Assembly (NCBI GenBank): GCA_043813585.1
Contig: JBDRKW010000020.1
Coordinates: forward strand, 65,185 to 129,184
Length of the DNA stretch: 64,000 nucleotides
Direction of reading: 5' to 3'
Origin: Candidatus Kerfeldbacteria bacterium
GTDB lineage: Bacteria > Patescibacteriota > Patescibacteriia > UBA9570 > XYC2-FULL-38-9
The position numbers and the translations under genes are program-made. Shown piece by piece: positions 50,891 through 61,864 of the stretch. How positions within the stretch are numbered: position 1 is the first letter of the stretch; the number at the start of each line of letters is the position of its first letter. The notes beneath the pieces were generated by a model that saw nothing but the letters and a program-made list of their open reading frames with translations, was not told where the DNA came from and made no database searches.

Positions 50891-52348
50891 ATGGCTCGCG
50901 CCGGCAGAATCGCGAAAAATACGACCTATCTCACGATTGCGTCGGTTTTTCAAAAGCTCATCTCGTTTGGATATTATGCCTACCTCGCTGATGCGATCGG
51001 AGCCGGCAGTTTAGGGAAATATACCTTTGCACTGACCTTTACGTCAGTGTTTATTATATTCATGGATTTTGGTCTTGGGCCGCTGCTGACCCGCGAGGCC
51101 GCCAAGGACGAAAGCAAGCTACAGGATCATTTTGAACGCATATTCAGCATCAAACTGGTGCTTATCGGCGTTTCATTGGTAGCGCTCTTCGCGTCGATTA
51201 CGATCGCCGAGCCGCTGTTCACAAATATTGACTGGTCCGATGTGACGCTGGTCTATCTTGGCGCGGTTATCATCCTGTTTGATACGCTGACGTTCACGTT
51301 TTTTTCCGTTTTCCGTGCTTTGAAGCAGATGCAATGGGAGGCGATTGGAATCGTCATCTACCAGGCCCTTATTCTAATTGTTGGCTATTTAGTGCTTCGC
51401 GCCGGCATGCCGCTGCCGTATGTTCTGGGTGCGATCCTCACCGGATCGTTATTTCAGGTCATCTACATGTTTATTCTCATTCTGCGCAAGACCGATCTGA
51501 AATTCCGCTTTGTGTGGGACTGGAAAAAAGTAAGGCATATTCTCGCGATGTCCGCCCCGTTTGCAATTGCCGGGGTTATCTTCCGCATCAACGGCTCTGC
51601 CGATACGATGATGCTGAAAGTAATGGTCGGAGACAGCCACGCCGGTTGGTACTCGCTCGCATTCAAGCTGACGTTTGCGCTCACCGTGCTGCCGGGCGCT
51701 TTTGCCACAAGCTATTATCCGGCAGTCAGCGCACTGTATAAAACGGCGAGAGAAAAAGTTCATATTGTTTTCGAGTCTGGTTTATTTTACATGATGATCA
51801 TCAGCTTTCCGATTGTTGCAGGCGTTGCGGTTCTTGGTGACGATATCATTTATGCGGTCTGGGGTTCGAATTGGGAAGCTTCTGTTACGCCGCTATGGAT
51901 CTTTATGATCGGTTTGCCGTTTGTCTTTTTCAATTATCCGATAGGCAATTTTCTCAACGCGGTGAACCGGCAAAAACTAAACACGTTGAATATGTCGATT
52001 GCGCTGGTTGTGAACATCGTACTCAATGTCATCCTCATCCCGTATTACACGTTCAACGGCGCAGCTATAGCTGCAGTCGCATCGGCAATCGTGCTTGTCG
52101 CTCTTGGTTTGCCATGGGTATACAAGATTTCGCCTTTTAATTTTGCATTCCTATTGAAAAAATTCAGCCTGGTCGCAGCCGCTGCCGGACTGATGTCATT
52201 CGTGCTATTCTTTGTTCAGCACAATTATTCCCTGATCGTGCTGATACCAATGGGCGTACTTCTGTATGTCAGCGCGCTTTTGCTCACAAATGGAATAACC
52301 AAAGAGGAGCTGCAGAAATTCAAGTCTTCCTTAATCAAAAGAGGGTAG
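50891..52348 (+). CDS. oligosaccharide/polysaccharide flippase (Wzx/MOP superfamily)
   Basis: About 14 predicted TMs. An N-terminal 'KNTTYLTIASVFQKLISFGYYAYLADAIGAGSLGKY' region typical of polysaccharide-biosynthesis flippases. Confidence 0.65.
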   Translation: MARAGRIAKNTTYLTIASVFQKLISFGYYAYLADAIGAGSLGKYTFALTFTSVFIIFMDFGLGPLLTREAAKDESKLQDHFERIFSIKLVLIGVSLVALFASITIAEPLFTNIDWSDVTLVYLGAVIILFDTLTFTFFSVFRALKQMQWEAIGIVIYQALILIVGYLVLRAGMPLPYVLGAILTGSLFQVIYMFILILRKTDLKFRFVWDWKKVRHILAMSAPFAIAGVIFRINGSADTMMLKVMVGDSHAGWYSLAFKLTFALTVLPGAFATSYYPAVSALYKTAREKVHIVFESGLFYMMIISFPIVAGVAVLGDDIIYAVWGSNWEASVTPLWIFMIGLPFVFFNYPIGNFLNAVNRQKLNTLNMSIALVVNIVLNVILIPYYTFNGAAIAAVASAIVLVALGLPWVYKISPFNFAFLLKKFSLVAAAAGLMSFVLFFVQHNYSLIVLIPMGVLLYVSALLLTNGITKEELQKFKSSLIKRG

Positions 52349-52349
52349 T

Positions 52350-53456
52350 ATGAAAAAAACGTTACTCATTACGCTTGAATACCCCCCGATGGTTGGCGGC
52401 GTTGCCAATTATTATAAGAATTTAGTAAACAATCTCCCCGCTGAATCAATAGAGGTATTGGATAATGCAGACAATAAATTACTGTCGACCTCGCGGTTGA
52501 TGTGGCCTAAATGGCTAAGAGGATTGCGACATGTTAAACGTATCGTTGAACAAGAGAATATTAAGCATATTCTTGTCGGACAAATACTTCCAATCGGAAC
52601 AATCGCGCTGATCCTGAAGAAACTGTACGCCGTACCGTATACGGTAATGACGCATGCCATGGATGTGACCCAGCCATTCACATCCGGAAGTCCAAAGCGA
52701 AAGCAATGGCTGATACGCGCCATTTTGAAAAATGCACATAGTGTAACGACGGTGAGCTCATTCACGCGCAATAAGTTGCAGCACCTTGGCGTATCCCCGG
52801 CCAGGGTGTATGTCGTCTATCCATGCCCTAATATTGACGGATCAAAATGCCACATTCCTGATAAGGAACTAAATCAGCTCGACGAGAAGTATAATATTCA
52901 TGATAAACGCATAATATTGAGCGTAGGACGCCTTGTTCAGCGAAAAGGAATGGATACAGTGATTAAGGCGTTTGCGCCGCTGAAAGACAAACTGCCAAAT
53001 ACCCATTATGTCATCGCCGGGGACGGGGAGTATAAGAAACAATTGGAACAGCTGGTCCGGGAGAATAAGTTGACCGGCAGAGTGCATTTTGTCGGAAACG
53101 TCAGTAATGAAGAGCTTGCCCGCTGGTATGCGCGGTGCGAAGTGTTCGTCATGCCGTCACGACAGCTTCACAATAATGACGTGGAAGGATTCGGAATGGT
53201 ATTTGTTGAAGCGAATAGTTTTGGCAAGCCTGTCATTGGCGGAAAGAGCGGGGGAGTTTCAGATGCTGTTATTGACGGTAAGACAGGTTTTCTTGTTGAT
53301 CCTGAAGACGCGGGCATGCTGACTGAAGCGCTTGACCGCATCCTTTCAAATGAATCAGAGGCGATACGGCTTGGTTATAACGGAAGCGAACGGGTCAAAG
53401 AAACATTTCAATGGGAAATCCAGGCGCGCCAATTACAAGAACTATTAAACCTGTAG
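52350..53456 (+). CDS. family 4 (GT-B) glycosyltransferase
   Basis: 'MKKTLLITLEYPPMVGGVANY' and C-terminal 'EGFGMVFVEANSFGKPVIGGKSGG'. Confidence 0.75.
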   Translation: MKKTLLITLEYPPMVGGVANYYKNLVNNLPAESIEVLDNADNKLLSTSRLMWPKWLRGLRHVKRIVEQENIKHILVGQILPIGTIALILKKLYAVPYTVMTHAMDVTQPFTSGSPKRKQWLIRAILKNAHSVTTVSSFTRNKLQHLGVSPARVYVVYPCPNIDGSKCHIPDKELNQLDEKYNIHDKRIILSVGRLVQRKGMDTVIKAFAPLKDKLPNTHYVIAGDGEYKKQLEQLVRENKLTGRVHFVGNVSNEELARWYARCEVFVMPSRQLHNNDVEGFGMVFVEANSFGKPVIGGKSGGVSDAVIDGKTGFLVDPEDAGMLTEALDRILSNESEAIRLGYNGSERVKETFQWEIQARQLQELLNL

Positions 53457-53458
53457 CT

Positions 53459-54613
53459 ATGGGAAAAACTCTACTGATGATAAACATGTCGTATGCAAGC
53501 GACTGGGACGAGGGAATTGTTAATCGCAATTTTCATATTCTCCAGTCGTTAAAAAAAGAAGAAGTGTTTGATACCATCGTATCCGTCGATTTCCCTCCCT
53601 ATTCAGTTAAGACAAAACTGAGGGCATTGTTGAAGACCAAAACGTGGAAAAAGAATAAAGAGACGGTGCATCGAGGAGGCGGAATACGCATCGATGCCCA
53701 GGATGGAAATAAAAAGATGCTGGCGGCATATTGCACTTCTCTAAGCTCGCTTCCAAAAGCGTTGAAGAAGGTTGGAATACAAACCGACGATCTTGTGGTC
53801 TGGTCATATGATCCATTCGCCACGTCTATTCGCCGCCTGTTTCCAAATGCGCTGTATGTGTTTGACGCGGTCGATAACTGGACAGAACATCCATCGCATG
53901 TCCGTCGCAAAGCGATGCTTGGACAGGCTTACAAAACCATTCAACGAGATGCGGATATTATTTTCACCGTCTCCGAAGGGCTGGTTGATTTCTTTAACAA
54001 GAGCGAGAAGGCCTTCTTTGTCCCAAACGGGGTGGATGCATTCCATTTTAGTGCCGGTGTCTGCAACACGGCGCTGATTCCTGATACGAAAGGACCAATA
54101 GTCGGGTACCATGGAATTATCCAGGACAGGATCAATTTTTCCGTTATTGATTTTATCTCCGACAAACTCCCTGACCACCAGTTTGTGATCGCCGGCCCTG
54201 TCTGGAAGTCAGTGGAAGATTCAGTAAAGAGGCTTGGCAAAAAGCCGAACGTGAATTTCATCAATCAGATTCCATATGAAGAGCTGCCAAACCTGATCCA
54301 GTGTTTTGATGTTGCGATCATTCCGCATAAAGTCGATGCGCTGACTCAGTCAATGAATCCTCTTAAAATCTACGAATACCTGGCTGCGGGCAAGCCAATT
54401 GTCGCGAGTCCGATTGCAGGGGCAGACCAGTTTCAGGATCTGATTAAATTGGCTGTTTCACCGGAAGAATTTACGGTTAAGATTCAAAAAGCGATTGAGC
54501 TTGATTCACAGGAGCTGATTGATCGGCGCAAGTCCATGGCAAAGATGCATAGCTGGACCCAGCGTATCCATACTATGCTTGAAATTATGGAATCTCGAAC
54601 TAAAAAAAGCTAG
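53459..54613 (+). CDS. GT-B fold glycosyltransferase (GT4-like)
   Basis: C-terminal nucleotide-sugar-binding region '...NPLKIYEYLAAGKPIVASPIAG' with the conserved E-x7-E-like motif. Start chosen at the in-frame ATG (MGKTLLM). Confidence 0.6.
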   Translation: MGKTLLMINMSYASDWDEGIVNRNFHILQSLKKEEVFDTIVSVDFPPYSVKTKLRALLKTKTWKKNKETVHRGGGIRIDAQDGNKKMLAAYCTSLSSLPKALKKVGIQTDDLVVWSYDPFATSIRRLFPNALYVFDAVDNWTEHPSHVRRKAMLGQAYKTIQRDADIIFTVSEGLVDFFNKSEKAFFVPNGVDAFHFSAGVCNTALIPDTKGPIVGYHGIIQDRINFSVIDFISDKLPDHQFVIAGPVWKSVEDSVKRLGKKPNVNFINQIPYEELPNLIQCFDVAIIPHKVDALTQSMNPLKIYEYLAAGKPIVASPIAGADQFQDLIKLAVSPEEFTVKIQKAIELDSQELIDRRKSMAKMHSWTQRIHTMLEIMESRTKKS

Positions 54614-54660
54614 TAAAAAGGGCTTGAAAAACATCCATTGATCTGGTAGATTGTTCTGGT

Positions 54661-55551
54661 ATGGATGCGTCAATTATCATCGTTTCCTGGAACGTTCGCG
54701 ACCTTCTTTCGAAGTGTTTGCAGAGTATTTATACCTATACGAATGACCTCGATTTTGAGGTCATTGTTGTTGATAATGCGTCAACCGACGGCTCCGCTGC
54801 AATGGTGAAGGACACGTTCCCGCAGGCGAGACTGATCGAAAACGACGCAAATGTTGGTTTTGCCGCCGCAAACAATCAGGGCGCTAAAGACGCAAAAGGA
54901 CGTGTTCTCGTGTTCCTGAATGATGACGTTCAATTAACGAGTAATGCGGTGGAGCGAATGGTACGGCAGATTGAATCAGACAACTCAATTGGCGTGCTCG
55001 GATGTAGAATGAAGTTTCCCGACGGATCCCATCAGGATTCTGTCAGGCATTTTCCGGGTGTACGCGACCAACTCTTGATACTTCTGAAGCTGCATAACAT
55101 CTTCCCGACGCTACCGGCACTCCGACGCTACTTTGCTACAGGCATGGATTACAACAAGGAACAGAAGGTCGATCAGGTAATGGGCGCATGTATGGTGATT
55201 CGGAATGAGATCTTTAAACGCGTTAATGGATTTGATGATGGGTATCGTCTTTGGTTTGAAGAGGTGGATTTGCAAAAGCGGATACAGAAACGGCTGGGTC
55301 TAAGCGCCGTGTATACGCCGAACGTTGAAATTATTCATGTCAAAGGCGCTAGTTTCTTCCAAAATTTATCCCTTCAGAACCAGGCATACCTGAATAGAAG
55401 CATGCGCCGTTATTTTCATAGGCATCATTCGCCGGGAGCCTATCTTTTAATAGCTGCGCTGCAACCTTTCAGTTATGCGCTGGCGGCGATTGCGCAACTT
55501 TTTCAGAAAACAGGCGTTGATATTAAAAAGTACAAGCATGGACACGATTAA
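54661..55551 (+). CDS. family 2 glycosyltransferase
   Basis: 'ASIIIVSWNVRDLLSKCLQSI', 'VIVVDNASTDGS', 'VFLNDDV'. Confidence 0.75.
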   Translation: MDASIIIVSWNVRDLLSKCLQSIYTYTNDLDFEVIVVDNASTDGSAAMVKDTFPQARLIENDANVGFAAANNQGAKDAKGRVLVFLNDDVQLTSNAVERMVRQIESDNSIGVLGCRMKFPDGSHQDSVRHFPGVRDQLLILLKLHNIFPTLPALRRYFATGMDYNKEQKVDQVMGACMVIRNEIFKRVNGFDDGYRLWFEEVDLQKRIQKRLGLSAVYTPNVEIIHVKGASFFQNLSLQNQAYLNRSMRRYFHRHHSPGAYLLIAALQPFSYALAAIAQLFQKTGVDIKKYKHGHD

Positions 55552-57037
55552 GGATTATTATAAGAACCTATACGCGTCCATCCCGTTTTGGTGGATTGTT
55601 CTTGTTATCCTCTGTGTCGAGGTGGTATCTTTTGCCGGCCATAATTTTGATATTGTCGAAACAGCCGCATTTGCAGCGATTGTTGCTCTTACGTTCGTAT
55701 ACTCCCTCCGCAACCTGAAGATTGGCGTCTTTATACTTATCACAGAGTTATTTATCGGGTCTAAAGGATATCTGTTTGCCGTTGACATCGGGTCATTTTC
55801 CGTCTCAATCCGGCTCGCACTTTTCTTAACAGTATTTGCCGCGTATTTGATCTGGTTGATACGGGACAGGCGCATTGAATTTTTTCGCTGGTCACTTTGG
55901 AAAGAATACTCTCTCGTAATCGTTTTAATCGTCGTAGGCGTGGTTATTGGCGTATTGCGCGGTAATGAATTGACGAATATCTTCCTTGATACCAACGGGT
56001 ATCTCTATTTCGGTCTTATCGGACCGTACACGCAGGCAATAAAATCGCGTGATGATTCAAAACAAGCTATTGCACTTCTATTTGCCGGAATGACGGCGCT
56101 CGGTATCAAGACACTGGTCATTCTCGCGATGTTTTCACAGATCAGCGTACTGGAGTTCACATTGCCGGGCATCTATCGCTGGATTCGAGATACAGGAGTA
56201 GGGGAGATTACTCGTTTTGAAAATGGATTCTCAAGAATCTTCTTTCAAAGCCACTTTTATATGATCGTTCCGTTTTTCTTTGTGCTCGCTCACATGCTCC
56301 TTATAAAGACAAAAACCGCCTGGAAGAACAAAACCGTACTGTCGACTGTTGCACTATTTGGATTATCGATGCTTGTGCTTTTTCTGAGCTATTCAAGAAG
56401 CTTTTGGGCAGGACTTGCCGGTACGATTATTGTTGGATCGCTTTGGCTGTTAATCAGACGCAAAGTTACCATAAAGCGGCTGATTATTGTCGGTGCAATA
56501 TGTATTGCTGTATTTGCGATTGACTATGCAATTGCATTCGGACTGGTAAATATCCCGCTCCCGGGAAACGTTGGGGTTGGCGCGTCGTCTTTATTGATCG
56601 AGCGCACACAGAACATCAGCGATGAACCGGCAGCAGCAACCCGGTGGCAGTCGCTGGATCCGCTAATGGATGCTGCGCTGGAGCATCCACTGATCGGTTC
56701 AGGTCTGGGAAAAACGGTTACGTATATCTCATCGGACCCACGCGTGCTGGAAGAATCGCCGGATGGTTCATATACCACTTTTGCTTTTGAATGGGGGTAT
56801 CTTGATCTCTTCTTAAAGTATGGGATAGTGGGACTTCTTATTTATGCCATGTTCTTCATCGAGTTGTTTCGCAAGGGATTGAAACAAATACAATCAAACA
56901 AACAGCAACCAATTGAGGTTGTTGGATTCATTCTCGTTTTACTTGCTATGCTGGCGATAAATGTGTTTACACCTTATCTCAACCATCCGTTGGGAATTGG
57001 GTTGATTATAATGGCATCACTTGCGCTAACGCTATGA
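55538..57037 (+). CDS. O-antigen ligase/polymerase-like polytopic membrane protein
   Basis: About 12 TMs and a large extracytoplasmic loop near the C-terminus, resembling Wzy_C/O-antigen ligase topology. Start uncertain (ATG 55538 chosen). Confidence 0.5.
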   Translation: MDTIKDYYKNLYASIPFWWIVLVILCVEVVSFAGHNFDIVETAAFAAIVALTFVYSLRNLKIGVFILITELFIGSKGYLFAVDIGSFSVSIRLALFLTVFAAYLIWLIRDRRIEFFRWSLWKEYSLVIVLIVVGVVIGVLRGNELTNIFLDTNGYLYFGLIGPYTQAIKSRDDSKQAIALLFAGMTALGIKTLVILAMFSQISVLEFTLPGIYRWIRDTGVGEITRFENGFSRIFFQSHFYMIVPFFFVLAHMLLIKTKTAWKNKTVLSTVALFGLSMLVLFLSYSRSFWAGLAGTIIVGSLWLLIRRKVTIKRLIIVGAICIAVFAIDYAIAFGLVNIPLPGNVGVGASSLLIERTQNISDEPAAATRWQSLDPLMDAALEHPLIGSGLGKTVTYISSDPRVLEESPDGSYTTFAFEWGYLDLFLKYGIVGLLIYAMFFIELFRKGLKQIQSNKQQPIEVVGFILVLLAMLAINVFTPYLNHPLGIGLIIMASLALTL

Positions 57038-58032
57038 GAAACGCCGTATCAGTTGTAATCGTTACCTACAACGCGCAGGACCATATTGCGGCGTTGTTGG
57101 AGTCGCTGCAAAAACAGACACTGCAGCCAAGCGAGATTATCGTTGTAGACAGCGCGTCGAGCGATCGGACCGTTGATATCATCAATACTAATTTTCCACG
57201 TGTGCGCCTAGAGCGAAGCGAACATAATCTTGATTTTGCAAAGGGGTACAACCGCGGGATAAATCTGTCTTCCGCGCCCATAGTGATGGTTGTGAATCAG
57301 GACGTCGTGCTTGAACCTTCGGCAATTGAAAAACTCGCGGCGGCGTTGCAGGTATCGGAACAGATCGGAGCAGTAGGTCCAAAGTTGTTGCGGGTAGCGG
57401 CGTCGGGCATGAAGAACATTGACACTGTGGGAATTCGCGCAACGCGTGCACGACAATTCCTGAACATCGGTGAAGGGGAAAAGGATGACGGACGGTATAA
57501 TGCGCAACGGCAAGTTTTCGGTTTATCGGGGGCGGCAATTCTGTTAAAGCGGGAAGCACTATTGTCAATTGCAGAAACAGGCAATGGACACCAGGAGTAT
57601 TTTGATGAAGATTTCATCGCATTCAAAGAAGATGTCGACCTTTCTTATCGGCTTAACCACGCAGGATGGACGTTGTATGCAGTACCTAATGCGGTCGGAC
57701 ATTACAACCGGTCAACGTCACTCGATCCGGATTCGCCGATCACTGCCCAGCGGCAACAGCGTACTGCCAGGGCGAAGTCATACTCGTGGAGAAACCACAG
57801 ATGGACCATCATAAAAAACGAACCTCTAGTAAATATTCTACTCGATGGGTGGTTGATAATTCCCTACGAATGCGGGAAAATGCTGTTTTTGCTTGTTCGT
57901 GAACCTAAAACCCTTAAGACACTCCCGTCGTATCTCAAAGGGTTGCCAACGATGCTTAAAAAACGCAAAACGGTATTGACATCTTCAAAAATTTCTGCTA
58001 AACAGTTACGTCAATTACTCTTCCACTCATGA
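57034..58032 (+). CDS. family 2 glycosyltransferase
   Basis: 'VSVVIVTYNAQDHIAALLESLQKQT', 'IIVVDSASSDRT', 'VNQDV'. Confidence 0.75.
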   Translation: MRNAVSVVIVTYNAQDHIAALLESLQKQTLQPSEIIVVDSASSDRTVDIINTNFPRVRLERSEHNLDFAKGYNRGINLSSAPIVMVVNQDVVLEPSAIEKLAAALQVSEQIGAVGPKLLRVAASGMKNIDTVGIRATRARQFLNIGEGEKDDGRYNAQRQVFGLSGAAILLKREALLSIAETGNGHQEYFDEDFIAFKEDVDLSYRLNHAGWTLYAVPNAVGHYNRSTSLDPDSPITAQRQQRTARAKSYSWRNHRWTIIKNEPLVNILLDGWLIIPYECGKMLFLLVREPKTLKTLPSYLKGLPTMLKKRKTVLTSSKISAKQLRQLLFHS

Positions 58033-58841
58033 AATTATCGTTTATCATCCTCAACTACAAAACCAAGAACCATCTTCGGCTTTGTTTGGAAAATATTCAC
58101 AAGATTCCTCTGGATTTGGAATACGAAATAATAGTTGTTGACAATGCATCAGACGATGGATCGGTTGAAATGGTAAGGCAGCAGTTCCCCGGCGTGATGC
58201 TGATTGAAAACAAGGCCAACACCGGCCATTCTGCAGGTAATAATATGGGTATTAAACAAGCGTCAGGCGAATATATCGCTATTGTGAATCCAGATATTGT
58301 CTTACGCAGTGCCGAAGATTTTCATAAATTGGTAGCATACTTGGACCAGAACGCCAAGATTGCAATGCTTGGACCGCGTCTTCTTAATCCGGATGGTACG
58401 GTACAGAACTCTTGCTACAGGTCCTATTCAACGTTAACGCCACTGTATCGCCGAACGTTCTTGGGAAAACTTCCTTTTGGCAAAAAGGATATCGACCGAC
58501 ATCTTATGGTAGATTTTAAGCACGATGAGATCAGCGAAGTGGACTGGCTCCTCGGCGCATGCATGGTTGTACGGAAAAAAGCCATTGAAGAGATCGGTTT
58601 AATGAATGAGGAGCTGTTTCTCTATTTTGGAGACTATGAATGGTGCGACCGGGCAAGACAGAACGGATGGAAAGTGGTATATTATCCCGGAACGAACGGC
58701 ATCTACCACTACCATAAGCGTGAATCTGATTCCGGCCGGTTCTCTTTCCTGCAAGCATTCTCGTATATTACACGCATACACATTAAAGATTGGTTAACGT
58801 ATTTGAAATTTAGGAGGCACTATGCAAAATCTTCTCGATAA
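58029..58841 (+). CDS. family 2 glycosyltransferase
   Basis: 'LSFIILNYKTKNHLRLCLENI', 'IIVVDNASDDGS', 'VNPDI'. Confidence 0.75.
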   Translation: MKLSFIILNYKTKNHLRLCLENIHKIPLDLEYEIIVVDNASDDGSVEMVRQQFPGVMLIENKANTGHSAGNNMGIKQASGEYIAIVNPDIVLRSAEDFHKLVAYLDQNAKIAMLGPRLLNPDGTVQNSCYRSYSTLTPLYRRTFLGKLPFGKKDIDRHLMVDFKHDEISEVDWLLGACMVVRKKAIEEIGLMNEELFLYFGDYEWCDRARQNGWKVVYYPGTNGIYHYHKRESDSGRFSFLQAFSYITRIHIKDWLTYLKFRRHYAKSSR

Positions 58842-60810
58842 ACATCCTGATGCCAAAGGCGGCAGATGGAAGCGAATGGCAGGATGGAAAAAATTTCTCA
58901 TATATTTTGGAAGCGCGTTAGCAGTGCTTGCTATTGCGCTAGCTGTCTGGGGCGCAATCAACATCAACCGAGCAAAGGTTGTATATGACGAAAGCCTTGC
59001 AGCAAAGCAAAGCATCGAGTACGCACAAACTGCGGTCGCGAACCAGGATTTTGATCTCGCGGCCAGCGATCTTGAAGAGGCGAAGGAGCACTTTGATACG
59101 GCGTTGGATAATTTCGCGCGTTTCCGCGTGTATAAGATTATCCCGGGTCTTGCAGAACAAATAAAAGCCGTAGACAATATTTTACTGGCCGGGAAAAATC
59201 TTTCATCCGGCCTGCAGAAGCTGGTGCTTCTTGTCGTAGATATTAATGACGTAATCGAAGAAAAGGAAGGTGATATTTCATTCGGGGATATTACTGCCGA
59301 AGAAAAGCGAAATATCCTGAAAAAAATGAGCGAATCTCCGGCAGATCTGCAGGGATTAAAATCAGAAATTGAATTGGCGGTCTTCCTGATCGATGAGATT
59401 CCGGAGGATGGCTTGTTTGCCCCGATTCGCGAAGCTGTCGAACCGGTAAAGGAACAATTGCCATTGCTTGAAGCTGTTGTGAACCAGCTCATTCCGGCTG
59501 CGCAGTCATTGCCGACCATTGCAGGGTATCCCAATGAGAAGACCTACCTCTTTCTGTTGCAGAACAACCGGGAGCTCCGGCCGACCGGCGGATTTATCGG
59601 GACGTACGGCATCCTCAAGTTAAAGGACGCGGAGATCCAGCAGTTCACGACGGACAATATCTACAATCTGGACAATCAGGGCAAAGATACCATTACCGAA
59701 CCTGCTCCGGCCCCGATCGCAAAGCATACCAGCACGCAGAATTGGCTGCTGCGCGATATTAACTGGTCGCCGGATTTTCCTGCAACCGCAAAAAAAGCAG
59801 AGGAAAAATATCATGAAGAGGGAGGCACGGAACAGCACATCGACGGCGTCATTGCCGTTACCCCAACATTCATCGAATCCCTTCTTGATATAACCGGTCC
59901 GCTCACGGTCGATGGCGTCGAATTCAATTCAGAGAACCTGTTTGAGACACTCGAATACCAGGTGGAATTTGGCTATTATGAACAGGGGATATCCGACGCT
60001 GAGCGGAAAGAAGTGATCGGCGACCTGTCGTCACGACTCATGGACGAGCTCTTTGCACTGCCGCGCTCAGAATTATCAACGTTGTGGGAAACGTTTGTCG
60101 ATGCGGTTGATTCGAAACAGATCCTGGTATACGTTGATGACCCTATCACGCAGAGCCTAGTGTTAAAGCAAAACTGGGCAGGCGAGATGAAGGTGTACGA
60201 CGGAGATTATCTGATGTTTGTGGACGCGAATTTAGCAGCGTTGAAAACTGACGCTGTACTGGAGCGTGACTTATCCTATTCCGTCAATCAGTTTGACGGA
60301 GAATATTACGGCACCGCAGAAATGCACTACGAGAATACCGGATGGTTTTCGGGCTTCCATACACGGTACCGAACCCATACGCGCATCTACCTGCCGCTCG
60401 GATCTGAAGTTGTTGAGTGGTCAGGGTTCATGACCGGCGATAAGACGCAAAATGGCGTTGCAACAGACCCTGAAATCTATGAGGAATCATTTCCTCATGC
60501 CGATGGTACGACATCAAAATATACCGTCGTGGGCGGATTTACTTCAATTGAACCGCAAACAGGCGGCACGCTACGCATCAAATACAAGCTGCCGGAATCA
60601 GTGGTGGCCCAGATCAATGCGGGAACGTACAAGTTGTATGTGCAAAAACAGGCCGGAACACTGAAGCACGGATTGAATGTATCCTTCGATATTGGCCGCA
60701 AATTACAGGCTGGTTCACCGCTTGACAAAATAGGCGAGATAAGCGAAAATAGCGTCTCCTTTTCAACCGATCTCCACGTGGACAGGAAGTTTATGGTCAC
60801 ACTGGAATAA
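58822..60810 (+). CDS. membrane-anchored extracytoplasmic protein, DUF4012-like
   Basis: N-terminal TM. The central motif 'LFLLQNNRELRPTGGFIGTYGILKL' matches what I recall of DUF4012 proteins, which are typically found near cell-envelope glycopolymer loci. The motif recall is uncertain. Confidence 0.4.
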   Translation: MQNLLDKHPDAKGGRWKRMAGWKKFLIYFGSALAVLAIALAVWGAININRAKVVYDESLAAKQSIEYAQTAVANQDFDLAASDLEEAKEHFDTALDNFARFRVYKIIPGLAEQIKAVDNILLAGKNLSSGLQKLVLLVVDINDVIEEKEGDISFGDITAEEKRNILKKMSESPADLQGLKSEIELAVFLIDEIPEDGLFAPIREAVEPVKEQLPLLEAVVNQLIPAAQSLPTIAGYPNEKTYLFLLQNNRELRPTGGFIGTYGILKLKDAEIQQFTTDNIYNLDNQGKDTITEPAPAPIAKHTSTQNWLLRDINWSPDFPATAKKAEEKYHEEGGTEQHIDGVIAVTPTFIESLLDITGPLTVDGVEFNSENLFETLEYQVEFGYYEQGISDAERKEVIGDLSSRLMDELFALPRSELSTLWETFVDAVDSKQILVYVDDPITQSLVLKQNWAGEMKVYDGDYLMFVDANLAALKTDAVLERDLSYSVNQFDGEYYGTAEMHYENTGWFSGFHTRYRTHTRIYLPLGSEVVEWSGFMTGDKTQNGVATDPEIYEESFPHADGTTSKYTVVGGFTSIEPQTGGTLRIKYKLPESVVAQINAGTYKLYVQKQAGTLKHGLNVSFDIGRKLQAGSPLDKIGEISENSVSFSTDLHVDRKFMVTLE

Positions 60811-60842
60811 ACCTTTACAGCAGGTTGAACGGGCATTGTTGT

Positions 60843-61850
60843 ATGCTATCAAAAAAAATAGCAATTGATTTAGGTACTGCAAATACGCTTGTATTTGTTC
60901 CCAAGAAGGGCATTGTCATCAATGAACCTTCTGTTGTTGCTATCTCTGTCAGGGATCGAAAGGTGCTGGCAGTCGGAATTGAAGCGAAAGAGATGCTCGG
61001 CCGGACGCCGGACACGATCGTCGCGCAAAAGCCGCTTAAAGACGGCGTGATTGCAGACTACCGCACTACAGAGAGCATGCTGCGCTATTTCATAAATAAA
61101 GCGCTTGGCGGAGTCCGCTTATTCGCGCCGGAAATCATGATCGGTGTTCCGGCTGGCATTACTTCAACTGAACGCCGCGCTGTTATTGATGCGACTATTC
61201 AGGCCGGCGCAAAAGCTGCATACATCATTAAACAGCCGATTGCGTCTGCAATTGGAGCCGGTATACCGATTGGTTCGGCATCCGGCCACATGATCATTGA
61301 AAGCGGCGGCGGCACCACGGAAATTGCGGTTATTTCGCTTGGCGGAATTGTTGCGAATACATCCGTCAGAATAGGCGGGACAAAGCTGGATTATGCAATC
61401 CAGGAATATGTCCGCAAAAAACACAACCTTGCAATCGGTGAACGAACCGCGGAAGATCTGAAAATCAAGATTGGATCGGCACTGCCGCTAAAAGATCCGG
61501 TCAAACAGGATGTGCGCGGCCGCGACGTCATTACAGGGCTGCCTAAAACCGCTACGGTGACATCCGATGACGTTACAGAGGCGATTCAGGGAGAATTGAA
61601 CGAATTAATCGAAGCAGTAAAATCCGTTCTCCAGGAAACGCCACCGGAACTTGCCGCCGACGTCATTGATAAAGGAATGGTGCTATCCGGCGGCAGCGGT
61701 ATGCTGCGAAACCTGGATGAATTGCTGAGCCGCGCGACTGACGTTCCTGCATATGTGGCAGAGGACTGCCTGTTGAACGTCGTTAACGGCGCCGGGATTG
61801 CATTAGAAAATTTGGAATCGTACAAACGGTCCATTATGGAAAATAAATAG
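60843..61850 (+). CDS. mreB: rod shape-determining protein MreB
   Basis: 'IAIDLGTANTLVFV', 'EPSVVAI', 'DGVIADY', 'MIIESGGGTTEIAVISLGG' are the actin-fold phosphate and adenosine motifs. Confidence 0.9.
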   Translation: MLSKKIAIDLGTANTLVFVPKKGIVINEPSVVAISVRDRKVLAVGIEAKEMLGRTPDTIVAQKPLKDGVIADYRTTESMLRYFINKALGGVRLFAPEIMIGVPAGITSTERRAVIDATIQAGAKAAYIIKQPIASAIGAGIPIGSASGHMIIESGGGTTEIAVISLGGIVANTSVRIGGTKLDYAIQEYVRKKHNLAIGERTAEDLKIKIGSALPLKDPVKQDVRGRDVITGLPKTATVTSDDVTEAIQGELNELIEAVKSVLQETPPELAADVIDKGMVLSGGSGMLRNLDELLSRATDVPAYVAEDCLLNVVNGAGIALENLESYKRSIMENK

Positions 61851-61864
61851 GGGAGAGCTTTCTT